Notes under the pieces: model-generated
Told to the model about the DNA's origin: nothing
The model's input: the letters and a program-made list of their open reading frames with translations, nothing else
The model's database searches: none
Shown here: positions 55,717 through 64,000 of the stretch, one piece after another
Layout of the letters: each line of letters opens with the position of its first letter
Numbering within the stretch: position 1 is the stretch's first letter
Program-made: the position numbers and the translations under genes
Origin: Octopus vulgaris
Lineage: Eukaryota
Reading direction: 5' to 3'
Assembly (NCBI GenBank): GCA_951406725.2
Contig: OX597823.1
Location: 63,302,001 to 63,366,000 of the forward strand
DNA length: 64,000 bases

Positions 55717-56510
55717 TATATATACATGTGCATACACATACATATATGTACACTCATATCACACGTATTATATACATATACATATATTCCTATATATATA
55801 TATATATATGTACGTATATTTACATGTGTATATATATATAAGCATGTACGTATATTTACATGTGTGTTCCTATATATGTATACACATACATATATTACAT
55901 ACATGCATACATATATAAATTTATGCACACACACACATATGCATATAAAATGAATGTCTCATCTTGTCGGATGGTAACCCTCTCAATTCAGTCTGTATGC
56001 TCTGATTTACTCTCCTTGCATGTTGCATATGACTTTTCCCCATGCATCTATTCTCATAAGACTTTATAAATACAAAACAGATCACGACATGATAGTGAGA
56101 CCTCTGTACGTTATTGGATTTAAGGGACAAAATCTTACACAACACTTTTGCCTTTCTCTCGGTTGCCATAGTAAGTTCCTGTGATAAGCATTGCAAGATA
56201 ACTGGTACTATTTTGACTGAAATTTTTGTCATAGTATCTTTCTCCTAGAACAGCTGCCTTCCTTACAGCTTTGTCAAAGACAACAGGGGGCGGGCTTCTC
56301 TTCTACTTCTATGTAAATCATAAATGGGACCCTGACTGGTCCGCGTCAAAACGGACCATTGGAATAATGGTCATTAAGAGGTGACTCCGTGCACCCCACA
56401 TTTCCTGAACTCCCGAAGAGGATCCTCATACCGGATGCAGTTTAATGTATTATCCGGACATACATACATACATACACACATGCGCACACGTGTGTGTGTA
56501 TATGTGGATG

Positions 56511-56564
<54 letters not shown>

Positions 56565-56599
56565 AACACACATATATATTCATATATATACACATATAT

Positions 56600-56654
<55 letters not shown>

Positions 56655-57364
56655 TATAAATCCTTAAATCCTTAAAAACGTTTCAGCCCGAAGGCTGCGG
56701 CCATGCTGGGGCACCACCGCTGTATACTTGTATATATATACATAAACATACACATATACATATATATATGCATACATATATATACATATACATATATATA
56801 TACATATACGTATATATACATATACATATATATATATACATATACGTATATATACATATATACATATATATATACATATATATATACATATATATACATA
56901 TACGTATATATATAAATACATATATATACACATATACATATGCATATACATATATATACATATACATATATGAATACGTTTGTATTTACATATACGTACA
57001 TATATTCATTGGAAGTGATCTTTATGTATGACATATTTTAACAGCCAAGGGAAATAACCCAATCATTTTCCTATATTATTTAGTATAAATGAAATTGAGT
57101 ACGCTTATTTCTTAGTATTTGAACTGTTAGAGTTAGTTTCGCAATTTATCCAGTACAACCCTTAAACAAGTAAATAGAATTTTCCTAAACAATAGACCCA
57201 CTTATTTCGCTTAGTGACATATTCACTAATATACCATGAATGACGATACCTTCCATGTCACTTCAGCCAATTGACAAGCGCTGCATGAAGAACTGTTCTA
57301 CTTTTAGACAAATGCACTGCCAACAGAAAGGTCACACCCTGTTTACATGCAGGATCACCTTAAA

Positions 57365-57830
57365 ATCTATCTGTACATCTTGAAAATGGCCAGCGTGTAT
57401 ATTTCACAGAAGACAATGCTCGAAACGTAGTTCTGAATCCATGAGAAACCACTTTGACAGATTTCTTCAAATTATGCCAATGTGATCTGTTTGCCCGAAC
57501 ACTGATGTATGTAGAGGTTCCCGTGTACTACACCTGGGCACACAAAAGTTGAAACAGACGCAAGCAAGGAGCACGCATTGAGGGCTGGGAAGAACATGCT
57601 GTCTTCAGAAGTGGGGCCACCGGGCGGGTGTACACTGTGCACCCTAATCAGCAGGTGTGCTTCTTTCTGCATCTACTGCTACAGACTGTCAGATGTCCTA
57701 CATCATTGACAGACTTTCCAAGACACAATAGGAAGTCTACATGACCTATGGAGAAGCCTGCACCAAACATGGACTACTGGGGGTGATTATCACCCGAACC
57801 AAACACTGGAGGAGGCAGCAATCAGCACAA
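57365..57830 (+). pseudogene. Helitron Rep/Helicase linker-region fragment (not in ORF track)
   Basis: Manual translation LSVHLENGQRVYF...TTLTDFFKLCQCDLFARTLMYVEVPVYYTW...GRVYTVHP..CFFLHLLL..PTS with two in-frame stops. Confidence 0.9.
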
Positions 57831-57834
57831 CAAT

Positions 57835-59265
57835 CAGCACACCTCCTCTGGGTTTTGTTCCGATTGCAAGTTCTCCGTAGAGCATGATCTTTGGGAGACG
57901 AGAGGGCTCCATACACTGGACGTGACCCCCCCCCCCAGCAGAGATGATGGCATAGAATGGTGACTTCGACATTTGGTAGTGAGGTGCGGCGAAGAACCTC
58001 GTTGTTGGCTTTGTGATCTTCCCATTGTATGTTGAGGATCTGTCGTAGCTTCGATTGCTGGAAGCATTCAAGGCACTTGAAGTCACGGCGGTACAACGTC
58101 CAAGTCTCACAAGCGTAGAGTTGACAGGACAATGACTCAGAAAACCATGATCTTTGTCCGGATGGTCAGCGCGTGATTGAAGAATACACGTTGGCAGTGT
58201 CTGCCGAAGGAGGAGTGGGTCGCTCCAATCCGGTTCTTCATGTCCTTTTCACACGTGGGGGGGGAGGTCTTCGAAAGGATACTTCTAAGGTATGTGAAGT
58301 GTTCAACTTTTTCTAGGAGTTGGCCGTTGATTCTAATGCTTGTGGGTGGACTGTTCTGGTCTGGTGCAGGTTGGATCAGTGTCTTGGTCTTTAATGTGTT
58401 TACCTGCATCCCTAAGCGTTCGTATGCCGCGTTGTAAAGATCGACCGTCCTTTGTAGGCCATCTGCAGTCCGGCTCGGAGTGGCATTGTCGTCGGCACAC
58501 TGTACCTCACAGATTGAGATAGCGGAGGTCATCGTCTTTGCACGGAGGCGTGCGAGACTGAAGAGTCCGCCATCCAAGCAATAGTGCATGTTGATGACGG
58601 AAGACGAGTCTAGTGGGATTTCGTTGAACATGGCGGCCATGTACAAAGAGAAATAAGTTGGTGCCAGGACGCAACCTTGTTAAAAATCCCCAGTGATGGG
58701 AAACGGGTCTGTGAGGGCACTTTGATGGTATACCCTACCCACCATGACGTCGTGGAGGGAGCGACGTCATGGAGAGCGACCATCTAAGATTTGCCGCCAA
58801 TGTGTAGTCACGGACTAGAGGCTTCCAGCTTTCCAGACCTGCTTCCGGTACCCACGATGCCATCGACATTGGGCTTTTCGAGACAAATTAGAAAGCCGAA
58901 GCCATTCGCTGAGTAAATTATTTGAGGTGATCGTGGCTGCGCGACGGCCACGTGCACGCTCAAGAATTGAGACGTGCAGTCTTGACGAGGCTTGTTGCAG
59001 CGAGCTGCTGGAGTCTATCCGTCTTTGTCACGCCTGGCCGCCAGGCGTTGCCCTCTTCCACCGGAGTCAATCCTTGGGGGCTTGAGATAGCCCTCCTCTG
59101 CTTGCTCCGCCGTTGGGATCTTGGTGTTGGTGTTTTGTCATGTTTAGTCTGGGACCTCATCCTTAACCTTGCCGCCATGGGTGGCCCTACCAGGAGTCTA
59201 AGACTCCAGACGGTGTCGCTCTCAGAATCATTGGAACACACAAACTCTTCCACCACGACAAGGGA
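57835..59265 (-). mobile_element. RTE/BovB-like LINE, internally deleted: 5' UTR plus RT fragment
   Basis: QGCVLAPTYF, QCADD, KVEHFTYL, LYACETWTLYRR, RLPKIMLYGEL; 5' end CCTTGTCGTGGTGG...GGTAGGGCCACCCATGGCGG typical of RTE UTRs. Confidence 0.85.
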
Positions 59266-59796
59266 CGACCAACAGAACAGTAGTTCTTATATTCAGCAGG
59301 TCAAGCGAGTATGCTGAGATCCGTGTTTGGCTCGTTGCTGGTTGGTCATCATTGTTAATTTGTTGTTGCTGTTTCAAAAGGTAATTAACACACTACCGTT
59401 ATGACAAGCCTCCTATTGGTCACACAGCCCTATTACCGCCACCGCCATCACCACCGCCAACACCGTCACCATCGCCGCCATCGCCGCCGCTACCATCACC
59501 ACACCTCCAACTTCTTTAAACCTTACTCTTATTACATCACTATTCTGCTTGAAGTAAATACTCCAGGCACTTGACTCTAATATAGAAAGAAGTGAAAGAC
59601 AGTGAAGAGAGGACGGCCGTACGTAGTAAATAACAATAAGTATACGTTTGGAAGATGAAAGCAGTGAAGAGGAAGGGGAGAGGAGGGGGAAGGGGAAGGA
59701 GAGAAGGACGAGGGATGGAGGGTTGGAGGAGGAGGAGGAGGAGGAGGTATGAAAAGAATGAAAGCAGAAGAGTAGTATAAAAGAAAAAAATTATTA

Positions 59797-60180
59797 TCTC
59801 TCTATATATAAACGGCAGTTTGTCTGTGCGTGTTTCTGTGTGTCTGTTTGCTTGTACCCTCACCCTGACCACGATTTTCAACCGATTCTGATGAAACTTG
59901 ACACACACATAGCCCAATGTCATAATTCAAAACTAACGCAGCGAAAATTTTGAAAAGTTCCCCCAGTTCTGAAAAAAATCGATAAATTCGACATGGGGTC
60001 GAGAATCAGAAACACAAACCGCAAACTGTCTAGGGGACGCAACTCCACCTTTTTTAACTAAAAAAAAAATTTACCATCATTTTTTTCCATTTTTTTTGCT
60101 ATTTTTTGGCTATAACTCTCTAAAAATGCTTCATAGTTATTTCCCTTACAAACCCGAGCAACGCCGGGCGATACTGCTAG
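59797..60180 (+). mobile_element. Intact non-autonomous Helitron, 384 bp
   Basis: A|TCTCTCTATATATAAACGGCAG ... CCCGAGCAACGCCGGG hairpin, ATACTGCTAG|T; no TSD. Confidence 0.95.
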
Positions 60181-60344
60181 TAAAGCTATAAAGGAATCAC
60201 ATGGAAGTATTTGAAACAGAGAAGTTATAAAAAATATAAGGTCAAGAATTTTATGTGTATGTATAGACACACAAGCGCGCGCACACAGGAGTGAGTGGGC
60301 AAAAGCAAGGTACTCAGCATACTTAGTACGAGTTACATGTATTA

Positions 60345-61046
60345 TTTAAAACAGTCTGGCTCGGCTCCATCCGACTTAAAAGTTTCGTAGGCTTCATGCA
60401 GAGTGGAGGCGCGTGGCTTGGTCGTTAGGGTGTGAGCATCATGATCGTAAGATTGTGGTTTCGATTCCTGGACCGGGCGACGCGTTGTGTTCTTGAGCAA
60501 AACACTTCATTTCCCGTTGCTCCACTCCACTCAGCTGGCAAAAATGAGTATCGCTGCGATGGACTGGCGTCCCGTCCAGCTGGGGAACACATACGTCACA
60601 GAAACCGGGAAACCGGGCCCATGAGCCTGGCTAGGCTTTAAAAAGGGCACAAGAAAAGAAAAAAAAAGGCTTCATGCAGAACTCTAGCTCGTTCGCGCTC
60701 AGATTACTGAATGAAGGAGCACAGGAAGTCCAAAGTGACTGCTGTAAAATGGGTTTCTGGTAAATGGGCTTCCTCTGGTCAAGGAGAATCGAAAGATATT
60801 GTCTGTGTAAGATCGACGATACAGCGACAACAGTTCCATTAGACAGGTGAAGCTGAATCTTCGCTCTTACGCTGACAACATCATGTGACCCACCGACCCG
60901 CCTTGACCAAAAGCAACCCATATTCCAGTAGCCATCTTGGACTGCTTATACTCTTCTATTCAGTAATCTGGGCCCGAACGAGCTAGGTTTCAGTATGAAG
61001 CCTACGAAACTTTCAGTCGCATAGAACCGAATCAAGCTATTTTAAA
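60345..61046. mobile_element. Long-TIR MITE with TTAA-type ends (Kolobok/piggyBac-like); related third arm at ~61076-61240
   Basis: AAAGTTTCGTAGGCTTCAT..CTAGCTCGTTCG..CAGATTACTGAAT inverse to ATTCAGTAATCTG..CGAACGAGCTAG..ATGAAGCCTACGAAACTTT. Confidence 0.75.
60403..60666 (+). mobile_element. Full-length SINE family A with 14-bp TSD
   Basis: TSD AGGCTTCATGCAGA at 60389-60402 and 60667-60680; B box GGTTTCGATTCC; A-rich tail. Confidence 0.92.
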
Positions 61047-61639
61047 GAACAATATGTGTGTGTATACATTTTCATTTAAAACAGCCGGGTACGACCCTGT
61101 GCGAGTGAAAGTGAAAGTTTCCTAGGTGTCTAACAGAATCCTAGCTTGTCGATCTTAACCGGATGGAAACGATACAGAAAGTCCAAGATGGCTACCGGAA
61201 ACTGGACTGTCATTGGTCACGGTGGGCCACGTAGTGTTGTTAGAAGTGAGGTCACATATATAAGACCGTTGTGTGTGTGTGTGTATGTAAAATAGCCTTT
61301 AGCACAGTTTTCGTCTACAGTTTCCGTCACTCACAACGCAATGAAGGCCGGGGTTGTCGTAGATGACCCATATTCAAGGTGTTGTGGGGTAAGACTAAAC
61401 CTGAAACTATATGGAAGCGAAACGAACTTCTTGACCATTCAGCCATTCATATATGCGTGAATGTGTGTGTGTGTGTGACTGTGTGAGTGTGTGTGTATGT
61501 GTGACTGTGTATGTGTGTGTGTGTGTGTGTGTGAGTGTTTGAGGGTGTGAGTGAGTGTAGGTGTGAGTGTGTGATGTGTGTGCGCGCACGCGCGTGTGTG
61601 TGTACGAGGTTGATCACAGGATGTGTCACAAGCTACTGA

Positions 61640-62270
61640 GACTTGGCAAGTCAGAAAAATGGGTTAGTGGTTACATGGTTTATAAAAAGACAGAAGCCAG
61701 ACTGTAACACCCAATGGGGTCTTCTCTAAGTATTAGCGAGTGGAGTTTCTTAAGGAACTATGTTGAGGTCGCTGCTATTTATGGTAGTTCTTTAGGACAT
61801 GCCACCAGTCACAGGCAGCCACATTAACTAGCTATGCCGACGACCACAAAAGTAGTAAAAACAGTCAAGGTACCTTTTGTGCTAACTTCTTCAGAAAGAC
61901 CTAGATACCATATATAAACGGGCTGAAAAGAACAACATGCAATTTAATGCAGGAAAATCCTAAGCCCTTCACTATCAGCCAGCTTGCGTGAACATGCCGC
62001 AACGAAGATGCTTTGGACCAAAAGAGTCAAGTACATTGCGAGATCTGGGAATTGATATAAGCACCAAAGCTCATTTCACGTGCATTTTACCAAGATGGTG
62101 GCAATGTACAGGCGAATGGCCGGATGGATTCTGAGAACTTTCAGAACAAGGGACCAGAAAACTATACTGGTTCTATGAAGAACATTTGACCTCAGCTATC
62201 TGACCTGGAGTCACCCTACAGTGTCAAACTAATAGCGGGACTTGAGGCAGTTCAACGGTGCTTTACCAGG
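61640..62270 (+). mobile_element. CR1/L2-group LINE RT fragment, degenerate
   Basis: YADD, LQKDLDTIYKRAEKNNMQFNAGK, RDLGI, GWILRTFRTRD. Confidence 0.8.
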
Positions 62271-62728
62271 AATTTCCGGATTTTAAAAGTTGGCGTTCTT
62301 TTTATTGCCAACGAGGGACTGCGTCTGCGCAGTAGATTTTGAAAAAATTAGGATGTATAAACAAGAGGCACATAGTCGATCGCCTTGTGTTTTTTATACT
62401 TAATCTAAGGTGTACCTGTTGAAGAAGATTTCACCTAGCGAATATTATTTATTTCCTAAACTAAAATCAGAAACCAATTGGTCCAGGAAACAAGATGGTA
62501 AAATATTTTTATTTTGTCATTTCGTTCCTGTCGAATTTTATCCCTAATTTTTGTGGTTATGGAACCTAGCTGTTCTTTCTAGCATGTTGAATCCCACGAG
62601 TGGATTCCTAATGTGTTTAAATGTACACTGTATTTTATGAGTAATACATAGACTTTGGACTAAATTTTTACGCGCTAGGCCACTGGAAGTGAAAATTTCT
62701 ATTAATTTCCATTTCCCTTCAATATGAT

Positions 62729-62730
<2 letters not shown>
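62270..62730. repeat. Inverse copy of the ~465-bp unit at 38702
   Basis: Reverse complement matches 38702-39150 along its length; ends at (TA)/(CA)n. Confidence 0.88.
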
Positions 62731-62798
<68 letters not shown>

Positions 62799-62830
62799 CA
62801 CATACATACATACATACATACATACATACA

Positions 62831-62952
<122 letters not shown>

Positions 62953-62956
62953 CATA

Positions 62957-63172
62957 TTGGTTTCAAATTTTGACACAAGGCCAGCAAGTTCCTGAGTTGA
63001 AGTAAGTCGATTACATTGTCCCCAGTGCTCAACTGCTATTTATTTTATCAACCTTTAAAGGATGAAAGGCAAAATCGATCTCAACAGCACTTGAACTCAG
63101 AGCGTAAAGTCAGAACAAATACCGCTTAGTATTTTTCCCGGCGCGGTAACGATTCTGCTAGCTTACCACCTT
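62957..63172 (-). mobile_element. SINE family C, short-tail
   Basis: TGGTTTCAAATTTTGACACAAGGCCAGC...GATGAAAGGCAAA...ACCACCTT. Confidence 0.85.
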
Positions 63173-63603
63173 ATATACACACATACGAGTATTACACACA
63201 CATACGCATATAGATATATATTCTCCTATACATAGATATGTGTGTGTGTGATAAAAAGACAGACAGACGGGCAGGCATGATGGGAGACGCATAGAAGAGT
63301 TTACTCACAGGTGCAAGAGATTATCAAGGGTAAATCCATAGATAAGTACTGGATATATGCGCTCATATATACACTTATATAAACATTGATGTACACATTC
63401 GTATTCATATACAAACGCACGTATTACACAGGGAACGATGTATACATCCCCACATATATAAATATACGTGTGTATATGTATACATATATACAACCACAAA
63501 TACATATACATATGCATGCATATACATATAAATATATACATACATATACAAATATATATGTTTGTGTGTATTATATATATGTGAACATATATATGCATAT
63601 ATA

Positions 63604-63664
<61 letters not shown>

Positions 63665-63919
63665 ATAGTAATGCAATACGAGAGTATTGCTTTCCAGTAA
63701 AGGATAGCTCGTGAGGGTAAAATTATACATATAAAAGTAAATAAATGGCACAACGAAGCACCGATATTTACTGGAAAATAGCGAACGTAATAAATACGAC
63801 GCTAATGTATAGCTTCACTGCGTATATACAAGTAAAGATGCATGTGTGCAACAAACATGAAAAAAATTGTCTTACCTCTAGGAAGAACATCTGAAAAATG
63901 AAAAACCTAGAAACGGATA

Positions 63920-63991
63920 ATGCAGTACCGGTTTCAGATTCTTCAAAACACGTTTGCCAACGTATATTTGATTTATCTTCATCAGCTGCAT
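63920..63991 (-). ncRNA. Type I hammerhead ribozyme with palindromic minimal stem III
   Basis: Minus: ATGCAG-CTGATGA-AGAT[long hairpin]ATCT-GAAA-CCG-GTA-CTGCAT; all core nucleotides present, 6-bp stem I. Confidence 0.85.
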
Positions 63992-64000
63992 ATACTTCGA

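Noticed and set aside
55950-56240. AKVLCKILSL as the C-terminus of another RLE LINE
   Set aside because: Only a short resemblance; no upstream endonuclease motifs visible.

Overview
AT-rich eukaryotic intergenic or intronic DNA with no recognisable host protein-coding exon. The repeat complement suggests a mollusc, probably an octopus (inference, not verified). Almost all ORFs in the track are translated microsatellites ((TA)n, (TACA)n, (CA)n, (GA)n, (TTTC)n, (TATC)n). The real content is a dense transposon graveyard: Helitrons of several families (one internally deleted Rep/Helicase copy with STPR repeats, several non-autonomous copies with TC...hairpin-CTAG ends, one Rep/Hel fragment missing from the ORF track), R4/Dong-type RLE LINEs, RTE and CR1-like LINE fragments, Penelope-like elements, a full-length mariner, Tc1/DD37D/pogo/Tigger/Merlin/Kolobok-like DNA elements and at least four tRNA-derived SINE families. 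The most notable signal is a set of hammerhead-ribozyme (HHR) motifs in unrelated repeats: one intact type I HHR at 63920-63991 (-), variant HHRs in Penelope terminal repeats, and a tRNA-headed SINE whose body carries a decayed HHR. Family names come from motif recognition only. Boundaries are approximate unless termini are quoted.
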